The notes beneath the pieces were generated by a model. It saw only the letters and a list, made by a program, of their open reading frames with translations, did no database searches and was not told where the DNA came from. A DNA stretch of 64,000 nt from Candidatus Omnitrophota bacterium (lineage in GTDB: Bacteria; Omnitrophota; Gorgyraeia; Tantalellales; Tantalellaceae): the NCBI GenBank assembly GCA_049642065.1, contig JBAROK010000099.1, positions 6,744 through 70,743 on the forward strand, in the 5' to 3' direction. Of this stretch, positions 36,434 through 45,303 are shown piece after piece (the stretch's first letter is position 1; each line of letters starts with the position of its first letter). The translations under genes and the position numbers were made by a program.

Positions 36434-39094
36434 TTACTTGCCGTGCTTAGCGTCTTTTATGAGTTTACGCATGTATTTCAGCTCGTCTTTTTTTGCAGGA
36501 AGCTTACCATCAAGTTTCCTGCAAAGTATTTTTTTTAGCATATCCTTGTACTCCGGCCCCGGGCTCACGCCTTCTTTCTTTATATCGTGCCCTTTAATGT
36601 GAAGTTCCATCCCGTTATAATCGGTAAAGAATTTCTTTATGCGCCTCTGAACCGTCTTAGACTTGGTCTTGGCCATTATACAAAGCGTTACCTCATGAGA
36701 GAACGGCTCAAGGATATCATAGACCTGGCTGGGTTTCATCTTATTTCTGGATGAAAGTTTTCTCGCTGCTTTATCACCCATCTTTTTATACGAGCGCAGC
36801 CTTATACTTTCACTTCTTGTGAACACGAACTTGCCGAGAACCTCTTCAACCTGTTTCAGGGTAAGCTTATCCAGAACGATCATAAGGTTCATCAGCCAGA
36901 TATCAAGCTTGCGTTTTCTGGAAGCCGTAGCCTCGTACCACTGTGCAACAGATTTTAACTGGACAAAGTTCTTCTTCATGGACCTTTTTAGTACCAGTTC
37001 CGGATGTATGAACCTGAGTTCATGAAGCTCTCTCATCCTGAAAACCGCTTTCTCCGGATCCTTTTCTTTTAGTATAAGTACGAGTTCGTCCCTTATCCTC
37101 TGGTTTTCGGTCCTGCGGAACATCTCCTGTTTAACGGCATGCTTGATAAGATACTCGGTATGGCTCTCTATCTCAAAACCGAACCGCTGCTCAAATCTTA
37201 CCGCACGGAAAATGCGCGTAGGGTCGTCTATAAAACTTTTATCGTGCAGCGTTCTAATAATACCTTTTTCCAAATCTTTTATGCCGTCAAAAAAATCTAT
37301 GAATAGGCCGAAATCCTTTTTGTTGACCTCAATAGCCATGGCGTTTATCGTGAAATCCCTGCGGTAAAGGTCTTCTCTGAGCGAACTGAACTTTACCGTA
37401 GGCAGTGCCGCAGGAGCCGCGTAAGTTTCTTGTCTGGCTGTCGCTATATCTATCTTGAATTTATTGTCCGGGTGAAGTGACGGGCCAAGCCACTCAGGCC
37501 AGTTCATGACAACTGTTGAGGTGCCGAATTTCTTATGCACTACAAGAGAACCTCTGAGCTTATCAGCGATGATCTTGCCAAACTTTATGGCATCTCCTTC
37601 TACGACTATATCGAGATCGTAATTCTTCTGACCCAGAAGTAAGTCTCTTACAAAACCTCCGACCACAAAAAGTTTTATATCCCTCGAATCTGCCTCAGCA
37701 GTTATCGATTTTATCAGTTTCATGAACTTCTTCGGAAGAAGCATATCCATCCGGCTGGTTATATCCGCGCTGCTAAGATGTTCTTCTGTTTTTGCAGCGA
37801 ACAGCACGCTATGAACTTTCTTTAAAACGTCTGTCCTGCTCACTATACCTACCAGTTTTCCCTTTTTTAGAACAGGTAAACGCCCTTTGTCCTTATCAGT
37901 CATGAGCTCCTGCAGATCATGTAAAGGAGTATCCGGCATAACCGTTACAAGAGGAGTTGACATATATCCTTTTACCCGGGAATGCCCCATGCCATGCTTT
38001 ATCGCTTTTTTCATGTCCCCCATAGTGATCATGCCCACCAGTTTGGACTTTTCATTAATGACCGGCATGCCCTTATACCCGGAACTTCTGAACTTTTCGA
38101 ATACACTGTTTATCTTTTCTTCCTGCGATATTGTTTTCACGGGGGATGACATTATATCCCTGGCATAAACGTCCGGCCGCACTATCTTCTCAAGCATGTG
38201 GATTATCTCGGATTTTATTTTGTCCGGAGATTTACCTTCGGTCCTGGCGCTTGCCGCTGAAGAATGGCCTGCACCGTTGAAATGCCCCATCATCTTATTG
38301 ACGTCTATACTTTTAATCCGGCTTCGGGCCATTATCTTTACTTTGTCGCCGGTCTTGAACATTACAAAAACTACAGGATAGTTCTCAACATCCTGTAGTT
38401 TGTGAACTACCGTTCCCATCTCTCCTATGAAATGTTTTGCTTCCACTCCGGCGAACGCTACGTTCACTCCCTGCATGTTCATTACCTCTACTGATTCCAA
38501 AAGATCCACAAAGATAGACAGTTCCGTCTCCGACAATTCCCTGTTAAGGTAAGACGATACCGCACCGAGGTTAGCGCCCTCTTCTAAAAGCCTGCTTACC
38601 ATGTCAACATCTAGTTTTGTCGTGGGAGAATACGAAAGTGAACCCGTCTCTTCATATATACCAAGAAGCATCAGCGTAGCTTCCAGCGGGGTCAGGCGCA
38701 ACTTGCCTTTTTTCTCCAGTATCTCCAAAAGAATTGTTACGGTGGCTCCTGCTTCCTTAAACACGTCCTTGTCGCCTTTGATATCGAACCGCGTCCTGGG
38801 GTGATGATCGTAAATATGGACCTTCATACCCTCCTTCTCCAGAAGCGAAGCTGCTTCTCCTATACGCGATTTGTGTCGATTATCCACTATCACAAGACGC
38901 GTTACATCGTCCATGCGGCAGGTTTTTTCGTCTTCTATCCTGATCTTATCCTTGATAAGGGAAAGGAAATTCCTTACGGCCTTTTCCTGAGACCCTGGCA
39001 GGAGAAGTCGCGCTTTAGGGTAGAGCTTGCTGGCAGCTACTAGAGAACTAAGCGCGTCAAAATCAGCGTTATTATGCGTTACTATAAGGTCCAT
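36434..39094 (-). CDS. Multidomain protein: DHH-DHHA1 phosphoesterase, two CBS domains and a tRNA nucleotidyltransferase / poly(A) polymerase (CCA-adding) domain
   Basis: The N-terminal DHH region is MDLIVTHNNADFDALSS...HIYDHHP. The tandem CBS domains are IMSSPVKTI...GMPVINEKSKLVGMITMGDM and LVTVMPDTPLHDLQELM...LPVLKKGKLVGIVSRTDV. The Pol-beta-like nucleotidyltransferase region is LFVVGGFVRDLLLGQKNYDLDIVVEGD...RRDFTINAMAIEV. Confidence 0.8.
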   Translation of the reverse strand: MDLIVTHNNADFDALSSLVAASKLYPKARLLLPGSQEKAVRNFLSLIKDKIRIEDEKTCRMDDVTRLVIVDNRHKSRIGEAASLLEKEGMKVHIYDHHPRTRFDIKGDKDVFKEAGATVTILLEILEKKGKLRLTPLEATLMLLGIYEETGSLSYSPTTKLDVDMVSRLLEEGANLGAVSSYLNRELSETELSIFVDLLESVEVMNMQGVNVAFAGVEAKHFIGEMGTVVHKLQDVENYPVVFVMFKTGDKVKIMARSRIKSIDVNKMMGHFNGAGHSSAASARTEGKSPDKIKSEIIHMLEKIVRPDVYARDIMSSPVKTISQEEKINSVFEKFRSSGYKGMPVINEKSKLVGMITMGDMKKAIKHGMGHSRVKGYMSTPLVTVMPDTPLHDLQELMTDKDKGRLPVLKKGKLVGIVSRTDVLKKVHSVLFAAKTEEHLSSADITSRMDMLLPKKFMKLIKSITAEADSRDIKLFVVGGFVRDLLLGQKNYDLDIVVEGDAIKFGKIIADKLRGSLVVHKKFGTSTVVMNWPEWLGPSLHPDNKFKIDIATARQETYAAPAALPTVKFSSLREDLYRRDFTINAMAIEVNKKDFGLFIDFFDGIKDLEKGIIRTLHDKSFIDDPTRIFRAVRFEQRFGFEIESHTEYLIKHAVKQEMFRRTENQRIRDELVLILKEKDPEKAVFRMRELHELRFIHPELVLKRSMKKNFVQLKSVAQWYEATASRKRKLDIWLMNLMIVLDKLTLKQVEEVLGKFVFTRSESIRLRSYKKMGDKAARKLSSRNKMKPSQVYDILEPFSHEVTLCIMAKTKSKTVQRRIKKFFTDYNGMELHIKGHDIKKEGVSPGPEYKDMLKKILCRKLDGKLPAKKDELKYMRKLIKDAKHGK

Positions 39095-39101
39095 TTCTCT
39101 T

Positions 39102-39986
39102 TTACGCTCTTGGATGATACTCTTTGTGGATCTTTCTCAGTTTATCTTTGTTTATATGCGTATATATCTGCGTCGTTGAGATATCCGCATGGCCCAGCAT
39201 CTCCTGCACTCCCCTAAGGTCAGCCCCACCTTCCAAAAGGTGTGTAGCAAACGAATGGCGAAGACTATGCGGCGTGATATGCTTTTTGATGCCGGCCAGA
39301 GCAGTGTATTTCCGTATTATCTTCCATAAGCTCTGCCGGGAAAGTTTCCTGCCAAGCCTTGACAGAAAAAGATGATCATCCTGTGTGGTTTTTGATAATT
39401 TCCCGCGTGCGTCCTTAACGTATTTCGAAACCGCTTTTTCTGCGACCTTACCTAGTGGAACTATTCGCTCTTTACCGCCCTTGCCCAGACACTTCACAAA
39501 CCCGGCATCGAGGTTCACGTTCATTTTTTTGAGATCCTTGACTTCCGATACCCTCAACCCTGTCGCGTACATAAGTTCCAGTATGGCTTTGTCTCTTATC
39601 CCCAACCATCCTTTTTTTTGTGGAGCGTCAAGAAGCTTCTCTACCTCGTCCCTATTCAACGTATCAGGCACTGTTTGCCAGGTCTTCGGGGTCTCCACAA
39701 CAGCAGCCACGTTCTCCACAACTATCTGTTCAGCAACCAGGAATTTCCAAAAGGTCTTCATCGCCGCTAGATTCCTGGCAATAGTAGTCGCTGAAAGCTG
39801 TAGATCTTTTAGATACATCATGAAATTCACTATATCTTCTCGCTTGACCCCAGAGACATTTATTTTTCTTTTCTTCAGATACTCTGAAAACTTCTTCAGG
39901 TCCCGTCGGTAAGACTCAACTGTGTTGTTACTTACCCCCCGTTCAACTTCCAAAAAATATATGAAGTTCTCAATATGGTCTTTCAC
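39102..39986 (-). CDS. xerD: Tyrosine recombinase XerD/XerC
   Basis: The N-terminal SAM-like domain is FLEVERGVSNNTVESYRRDL. The catalytic motifs RHSFATHLL and GHADISTTQIYTH are present. Confidence 0.85.
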   Translation of the reverse strand: MKDHIENFIYFLEVERGVSNNTVESYRRDLKKFSEYLKKRKINVSGVKREDIVNFMMYLKDLQLSATTIARNLAAMKTFWKFLVAEQIVVENVAAVVETPKTWQTVPDTLNRDEVEKLLDAPQKKGWLGIRDKAILELMYATGLRVSEVKDLKKMNVNLDAGFVKCLGKGGKERIVPLGKVAEKAVSKYVKDARGKLSKTTQDDHLFLSRLGRKLSRQSLWKIIRKYTALAGIKKHITPHSLRHSFATHLLEGGADLRGVQEMLGHADISTTQIYTHINKDKLRKIHKEYHPRA

Positions 39987-39996
39987 TATTTAATCC

Positions 39997-40626
39997 TCAG
40001 ATGTTAGAGCTCGGTAACCCGTTAACTTCTTTCTCGTGCCCTATGGTCGTCTCGGGACCATGTCCCGGCAGTACTCTCACATGATCCGGCAGAATAAACA
40101 GTTTGTCCCGAATGGATTTAACTAGAGCATCCTGGTCGCCTTCCGCAAGATCCGTACGCCCCACGCCTTCACAAAACAAAGTATCCCCGCTGAAAAGAAC
40201 ATCACCGCATTTTACAGATATGCTGCCTTGTGTATGACCCGGAGTATGTATAACTTCCAGCGAAAGATCTCCTACCTTCACTATATCCCCATCGGCAAGC
40301 AAGCGTGCAGCCTTTGTCGGTTTTACCTCTTGGTCAGAAAAAGCTGACCGATTCTTCCGTGAGTCGCTCAGGCAGGGTTCATCAAGTTCATGGATCAATA
40401 CCGGAAAGCCAAAAGAAGCGTTACCACGTATATGGTCAGAATGCCCGTGAGTATCCAGCGTATACATAACCTCGATCTTGTTATCCCGTATGTATTCACT
40501 TATAGCTGGATCATAATCTCCCGGATCTATCAGGATACCTTTGCGGGAATCATTGTCGTACACGAGATAACAGTTAGTGGCCAGTTCTCCCACCACGAAT
40601 TTTCTAATCTCTAGAGCCCCAGTCAT
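39997..40626 (-). CDS. MBL-fold metallo-hydrolase (hydroxyacylglutathione hydrolase-like)
   Basis: TLDTHGHSDHIRGN and HTPGHTQGS are metal-binding motifs of the MBL fold. Confidence 0.7.
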   Translation of the reverse strand: MTGALEIRKFVVGELATNCYLVYDNDSRKGILIDPGDYDPAISEYIRDNKIEVMYTLDTHGHSDHIRGNASFGFPVLIHELDEPCLSDSRKNRSAFSDQEVKPTKAARLLADGDIVKVGDLSLEVIHTPGHTQGSISVKCGDVLFSGDTLFCEGVGRTDLAEGDQDALVKSIRDKLFILPDHVRVLPGHGPETTIGHEKEVNGLPSSNI

Positions 40627-41113
40627 CCCTAATGTATCCTCTCATCTTGTTATAAGAAAAGTTTCTTTTTATGCCCTTGCCCGCGCTTTCAAGATTCTTT
40701 TCTATCCTGACACGGTTCCCCTGGGTGATCTTTTGTTTTTTGATCCTCGTCTCGACCTCTATCATCTGGTTTATGTATCCCTGTAGCTCCTGCGCCTTCT
40801 CATCCACTAGCATCCTCTTCATATCCATCAGGTTGGATATTTCCTGCTCAACCGAAACGACTACTTTCTTCTGGTTCTTGTCCCTAAGAACCTTAAGCGT
40901 TTCCCTATGCCAGTTCTTCCAAAAAACGTACCTTTTGGTATATAATTCCATATTGGGCTTAACATCATAGGCCCTGACAGCCTTATACCTCATTACAGAC
41001 TCTTCTTTCTTTTTCTTTTTAGGAACAAATTTGTCCTTTAGCTCCGCACAACCGGATACCGTAAGAGCCATTATCAAAATAGTCACAACCACATAAAAGT
41101 TCTTTCTGCCCAT
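40604..41113 (-). CDS. Hypothetical lipoprotein, Lys-rich and predicted coiled-coil
   Basis: The lipobox is LTVSGC. No family was recognised. Confidence 0.4.
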   Translation of the reverse strand: MGRKNFYVVVTILIMALTVSGCAELKDKFVPKKKKKEESVMRYKAVRAYDVKPNMELYTKRYVFWKNWHRETLKVLRDKNQKKVVVSVEQEISNLMDMKRMLVDEKAQELQGYINQMIEVETRIKKQKITQGNRVRIEKNLESAGKGIKRNFSYNKMRGYIRDDWGSRD

Positions 41114-41138
41114 GTTTTCCTCTCTTCCCTTAACTAAA

Positions 41139-41864
41139 CTAGCTGCCTATAAACAGTCTTTCTGCAAGTATCTCCGGCAGACCCGCCTTGATAATACGGT
41201 CTGCTGCGGTATCTATGTCGTATTTAACTCTTCGAAACTCTATCTTATTTTCTTCAGGATCGTATATGCAATAGCACGCCCTGCTATCACCGTCACGAGG
41301 CTGTCCTATGCTACCGACATTTACGATATAACTTGCGTTCTCTTTAATCATGATCTTTTTGGCGAAAGTCTGGCTCAACTTCCCGTTCCTTAGGATAAAC
41401 ACCGACGGTATATGGGAATGTCCCACAAAACAAATTTTCGACTTCATCACTTCAAAAGTATGCATCGCGTCGGCACCTGTCATCATATATATGAACTCTT
41501 CCGGCTCATGTAGAGTCCCGTGCACAACGGAAAAAAGATCTTCTTCCAGAACATACGGAAGAGACCTCAGAAAATCAAGACTTGCCCTGTCAAGATGCTC
41601 TTTGGTCCAAAGAACGGCTTCAGCAGCACGCCTGTTAAAACGTGAAATATCGGTTTTATCGAGTACTCCCGCGTCATGGTTGCCCAGAACGTTCCTGGCC
41701 CCCATAGCGGATATCTTCTTAATGCACTCAACCGGTTCGGCGCCATAACCTACAACATCCCCTGCACAGATTATTTCAGTGCTTTTCCCCTTAGGAAAAG
41801 TTTTCTGTGCGGCTTCGAACGCCGGAAGATTGCCATGTATGTCCGAAATGATGACATGCTTCAT
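41139..41864 (-). CDS. Calcineurin-like metallophosphoesterase (YfcE / MJ0936 family)
   Basis: MKHVIISDIHGNLPAFEA...ICAGDVVGYG...GNHD...GHSH are the metallophosphoesterase motifs. Confidence 0.7.
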   Translation of the reverse strand: MKHVIISDIHGNLPAFEAAQKTFPKGKSTEIICAGDVVGYGAEPVECIKKISAMGARNVLGNHDAGVLDKTDISRFNRRAAEAVLWTKEHLDRASLDFLRSLPYVLEEDLFSVVHGTLHEPEEFIYMMTGADAMHTFEVMKSKICFVGHSHIPSVFILRNGKLSQTFAKKIMIKENASYIVNVGSIGQPRDGDSRACYCIYDPEENKIEFRRVKYDIDTAADRIIKAGLPEILAERLFIGS

Positions 41865-41865
41865 A

Positions 41866-42144
41866 TTAAAATCTTATCTCAAACAACGAAAATTCTCCGC
41901 TTTTAGGTTCCCATTTCACTTGAGAATCACTAATATACCCGTCCATATCTTTTTCTATTCCATATAGAAACGACTCCAGCTGATCCTGGGTAGCCTCACA
42001 AACTATCTCTACCCTTCCATCAGGAAGATTTTTTACAAATCCTGTCACCTCGTTCTGAGAGGCTAATTTTTCAGCGGTAAACCTGAAACCGACACCCTGA
42101 ACGTTGCCGCTGAACACTACATGAGCCCTCTGTGCCTGTTCCAT
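41866..42144 (-). CDS. acyP: Acylphosphatase
   Basis: VVFSGNVQGVGFRFTAEKLASQNEVTGFVKNLPDGRVEIV matches acylphosphatase. The start is taken at MEQAQRA; the ORF-track 5' extension to 42243 is read-through into the tRNA gene. Confidence 0.7.
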   Translation of the reverse strand: MEQAQRAHVVFSGNVQGVGFRFTAEKLASQNEVTGFVKNLPDGRVEIVCEATQDQLESFLYGIEKDMDGYISDSQVKWEPKSGEFSLFEIRF

Positions 42145-42182
42145 GGATGGATTCCTGTCTGAAGAGAAAATGTTTTGAAGTA

Positions 42183-42259
42183 TGGTCGGGGCGCTGGGAT
42201 TTGAACCCAGGACCTCCACGTCCCGAACGTGGCGCGCTGCCAAACTGCGCTACGCCCCG
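42183..42259 (-). tRNA. tRNA-Pro (anticodon CGG)
   Basis: The reverse complement is CGGGGCGTAGCGCAGTTTGGCAGCGCGCCACGTTCGGGACGTGGAGGTCCTGGGTTCAAATCCCAGCGCCCCGACCA. It has a 7-bp acceptor stem, a D arm, the anticodon loop TTCGGGA, a T arm and an encoded CCA. Confidence 0.85.
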
Positions 42260-42296
42260 ACATTATGTTAACTAGAATACCGTAAATATTGACGAT

Positions 42297-42325
42297 ATAT
42301 TATCATTATAATAATACGCCGTCAA
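42297..42325 (-). promoter_or_regulatory. Putative sigma-70 promoter for tRNA-Pro, embedded in a 10-bp inverted repeat
   Basis: On the minus strand the sequence is TTGACG, 17 nt spacer, TAATAT. The -35 hexamer is one arm of the inverted repeat AATATTGACG (42285-42294) / CGTCAATATT (42320-42329). Confidence 0.4.
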
Positions 42326-42347
42326 TATTAAATACAATCTTTCTGGA

Positions 42348-42713
42348 TTAATTATCCGTACGGTAAACGCTGAGCCGCTTGTCTTTTTTATCCGTAAAGA
42401 ACTCTGGGTTTTCCAATATAGGCTTGTACTCCCCAGGAATCGGCACAGGAAAAGTAACTACTTCATACGCTCCTACTGAAACTCTTTTTACAACTTCCAC
42501 CGTACCATTAAGTACGCCCCAGGTCATACCGGCCAGCCATCCGTTCTTCTCAACGGTATCCCCCATGCCCTTAATGAAATAGAACGGTGAAGCGAATATG
42601 TTCCCTATGCCCCTTCCGAGCTTTTTCACCGGACCAGCCGCTAGATCATCAGCGTTCGCGGCACAGGTAAAGAAAAAAATGGCAATGATCAATAGTGCTA
42701 CAACTTTCTTCAT
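42348..42713 (-). CDS. Small secreted protein, 121 aa, Gly/Val-rich
   Basis: A signal peptide (MKKVVALLIIAIFFFTCAANA) and the segment KKLGRGIGNIFASPFYF...VVTFPVPIPGEYKPILENPEFF are present. It loosely recalls a small exosortase-system-associated protein family, but that cannot be confirmed here. Confidence 0.4.
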   Translation of the reverse strand: MKKVVALLIIAIFFFTCAANADDLAAGPVKKLGRGIGNIFASPFYFIKGMGDTVEKNGWLAGMTWGVLNGTVEVVKRVSVGAYEVVTFPVPIPGEYKPILENPEFFTDKKDKRLSVYRTDN

Positions 42714-42736
42714 TCATCCCCCCCTTTATTATATAA

Positions 42737-43363
42737 CTACATAAACCCTTTTTCCCGGAGCATATTTTGAGAGATGGAACTCTCCGGGTTTTTCTTTTCC
42801 GCATATTTTGCCATCATATCAAATTCCAAGTTAACATAATCTCCCGTTCTTTTCAAATTTAATATTGTATTTTCAAGAGTATGCGGGATAACGAATATAC
42901 GGATCGATTTACTTGAGATTTCGCCTACCGTCAGGCTTATCCCGTCAACGGCCACAGAACCTCTTGGAACGATGTGTTTTTCGTCTCCAGAAAGGATCCC
43001 TATATCCAGCGCCCACCCTTTAGAGGTCTTTTTACTCGCCCTTATCGGCCGCTCGCAATCAATATGCCCGGATACCATGTGACCGCTTAAGGTATCCCCG
43101 AGCTTTAACGCGTTTTCCAGGTTAACCCTGTCTTTAGTCTTTAACCTTTTAAGGTTGGTTTTGTTGAACGTGTTGCCTACCACATCAAAAGAGAGAGCGC
43201 CGTTCATTTTTACAACGCTGAGGCAAACGCCGTTAACCGCTACGCTGTCACCCAAAGCTATATTATCGGCTGTTTTAGAACATTTTACTTCAAGAAGCGT
43301 AGAAACACCTTTTTTGACGATACTTTTGACTTCGCCTATCTCTGTGATTATGCCTGTGAACAT
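42737..43363 (-). CDS. ribE: Riboflavin synthase
   Basis: MFTGIITEIGEV and the duplicated lumazine-binding half-domains are present. Confidence 0.85.
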   Translation of the reverse strand: MFTGIITEIGEVKSIVKKGVSTLLEVKCSKTADNIALGDSVAVNGVCLSVVKMNGALSFDVVGNTFNKTNLKRLKTKDRVNLENALKLGDTLSGHMVSGHIDCERPIRASKKTSKGWALDIGILSGDEKHIVPRGSVAVDGISLTVGEISSKSIRIFVIPHTLENTILNLKRTGDYVNLEFDMMAKYAEKKNPESSISQNMLREKGFM

Positions 43364-44451
43364 ATCATACCTCTTACGAAAATATCTTCACCATATTTTT
43401 TTATTTCAACACTGTTTAGCTCCATAGCCCCGGCTATGTTCGGTACACCGCTACCCTTAACAGAAGAATAACTGCCCCCTATTATCTTAGGGGAAATAAA
43501 GAACATTACTTCATCCACTAATTTTTCGTCGATCAAACTGCCGACCAGCTCGCCGCCACCCTCAACCAACACATTAACCATTTCTTTTTGCGCAAGTTTG
43601 GTTAAGAGCGCCTTCAAGGACACTTTTTTTGTTTTGCTTCTGGTTTTTATTATCTCAACACCATTTATATTTTGGAATTTTTTTATTTTGTTGGGGGGAG
43701 CAAGCTCCGTTGTTGCAATTATTACAGGAGCCTTCCCCGCGGTCTTGATAATGTTGGATTCTAGCGACATCCTGAGCCGGCTGTCTATTACGATACGTGA
43801 AACGTTATATCCACGTCTCTTTTCATCCAAAAGAAAAGGGTCATCATTAACTGCAGTATTGGCACCGACAATAATTGCATCGAAATCAGGACGCATTTTT
43901 CTGACATATTTGCGGGAAAGCTCAGATGATATCCATTTCGAAGAACCGTCACGAGCAGCAATCTTGCCGTCAATAGATTGTGCCAGTTTGACTGTTACAT
44001 ACGGCAGATTACTCGTCATGAACTTGATATATTTTTTGTTAAGTTCTTTCGCGTTTTCTTCAAAAATGCCGACATTAACCACTATGCCCGCTTTCTTAAG
44101 CTTGCGGATACCCTTTCCACCTGTGATCGGATTAGGATCTTTCATGGCAGCATAAACTTTTTTTATGCCACTTTCGATTATACCCTGGGTGCACGGAGGC
44201 GTTTTACCATAATGGTTGCAGGGTTCAAGCGTAACGAACATCGCCGCCCCGCGGCACGCAGCGCCAGCATCCTTGATAGCGTTAATCTCGGCATGGTTCT
44301 CGCCAGCCCTGTGGTGATATCCCTTCCCTACTATCCGTCTGCCTTTTACAATAACTGCACCTACCATAGGATTGGGATAGGTCTTATCCTTGGCTTTCGC
44401 TGCCAGCATGAGAGCCAGCTTCATATATTTTTTTTCAAGAGATCTTTTCAT
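43348..44451 (-). CDS. ribD: Bifunctional diaminohydroxyphosphoribosylaminopyrimidine deaminase / 5-amino-6-(5-phosphoribosylamino)uracil reductase
   Basis: HAEINAIKDAG...TLEPCNHYGKTPPC is the deaminase motif, and a C-terminal reductase domain (VTVKLAQSIDGKIA) follows. The start is taken at MKRSLEKKY. Confidence 0.85.
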   Translation of the reverse strand: MKRSLEKKYMKLALMLAAKAKDKTYPNPMVGAVIVKGRRIVGKGYHHRAGENHAEINAIKDAGAACRGAAMFVTLEPCNHYGKTPPCTQGIIESGIKKVYAAMKDPNPITGGKGIRKLKKAGIVVNVGIFEENAKELNKKYIKFMTSNLPYVTVKLAQSIDGKIAARDGSSKWISSELSRKYVRKMRPDFDAIIVGANTAVNDDPFLLDEKRRGYNVSRIVIDSRLRMSLESNIIKTAGKAPVIIATTELAPPNKIKKFQNINGVEIIKTRSKTKKVSLKALLTKLAQKEMVNVLVEGGGELVGSLIDEKLVDEVMFFISPKIIGGSYSSVKGSGVPNIAGAMELNSVEIKKYGEDIFVRGMICSQA

Positions 44452-45292
44452 CGCGTATAATACGAGCTTCTTCCCGAAGCTTTTCAACCGTGTCGTACCC
44501 CACTCGCACCTTGCCCATCCGCATATCTTTTCCCAATATACCGTGACAATCGGATCCACCGGTAATAAGCAAACCGTATTTCGAGGCCATCTCAGTGTAT
44601 CTATCGGATGTAGCCGGCCAGTGTTTTGTATGATATGCTTCCAGTCCCCTTAATCCCGCCTCCACATAAATAGGTATATCCTTATCGCTACCCATCGTCC
44701 CGGGATGCGCAAGAACGGGCACACCACCGGCTTTTCTTATCATATTTATAGCTTTTACATAATCAAGATACTCATGCCCGACATGGCAGGGTTTTCCATT
44801 ACCTATATACCCATCAAAAGCGGTCCTCAAATTTTTTACCAGATTTTTATGGACCATTACGCGCGCAAGCTGCAAACGTCCTATAGTGCCAAGGGGAGAA
44901 GATTCTATCACTTCTTCATCGCTGATATCCATACCCTTCTCCTGAAGTAAACGGACCATTTTATGCATCCTTTCGATCCGTTTTTCACGCATCGCATTCA
45001 GAGCCTTTGTAAGATCCCCCTCCTTCCAGTCAATTAAATATCCCAGTATGTGTGCCTCGTTCTCTCCCATGGATGCGGATATTTCAATACCCGGCACGAT
45101 CTCAAGTTCTGTGCCTTCAGCGGCCTGTATGGCAGGAAAAACACCGTCCACAGAATCATGATCAGTTATACTTATGGCCCTGAGGCCCATCTCAAGAGCC
45201 TTCTCAACTATTTCTTTCGGAGAAAGCAGCCCGTCCGAAAAATACGTATGGACGTGCAGGTCCACTTCCCCGCTGTTACCATTCATTTTCAT
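44435..45292 (-). CDS. PHP-domain phosphoesterase (TrpH/YciV-like) embedded in the riboflavin operon
   Basis: VDLHVHTYFSDGLLSPKEIVEKALEMGLRAISITDHDSVDG is the PHP domain signature. Confidence 0.7.
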   Translation of the reverse strand: MKMNGNSGEVDLHVHTYFSDGLLSPKEIVEKALEMGLRAISITDHDSVDGVFPAIQAAEGTELEIVPGIEISASMGENEAHILGYLIDWKEGDLTKALNAMREKRIERMHKMVRLLQEKGMDISDEEVIESSPLGTIGRLQLARVMVHKNLVKNLRTAFDGYIGNGKPCHVGHEYLDYVKAINMIRKAGGVPVLAHPGTMGSDKDIPIYVEAGLRGLEAYHTKHWPATSDRYTEMASKYGLLITGGSDCHGILGKDMRMGKVRVGYDTVEKLREEARIIRDEKIS

Positions 45293-45303
45293 AAAAGATC
45301 CTT

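Noticed and set aside
39102-39986. xerD plus an excisionase-family HTH plus two tRNA genes as a sign of an integrated mobile element.
   Set aside because: XerD here has the full chromosomal-dimer-resolution architecture and sits among housekeeping genes. The Xis-like HTH is 16 kb away and heads a signalling operon. No phage or plasmid genes, transposases or direct repeats of tRNA 3' ends were seen around either tRNA.
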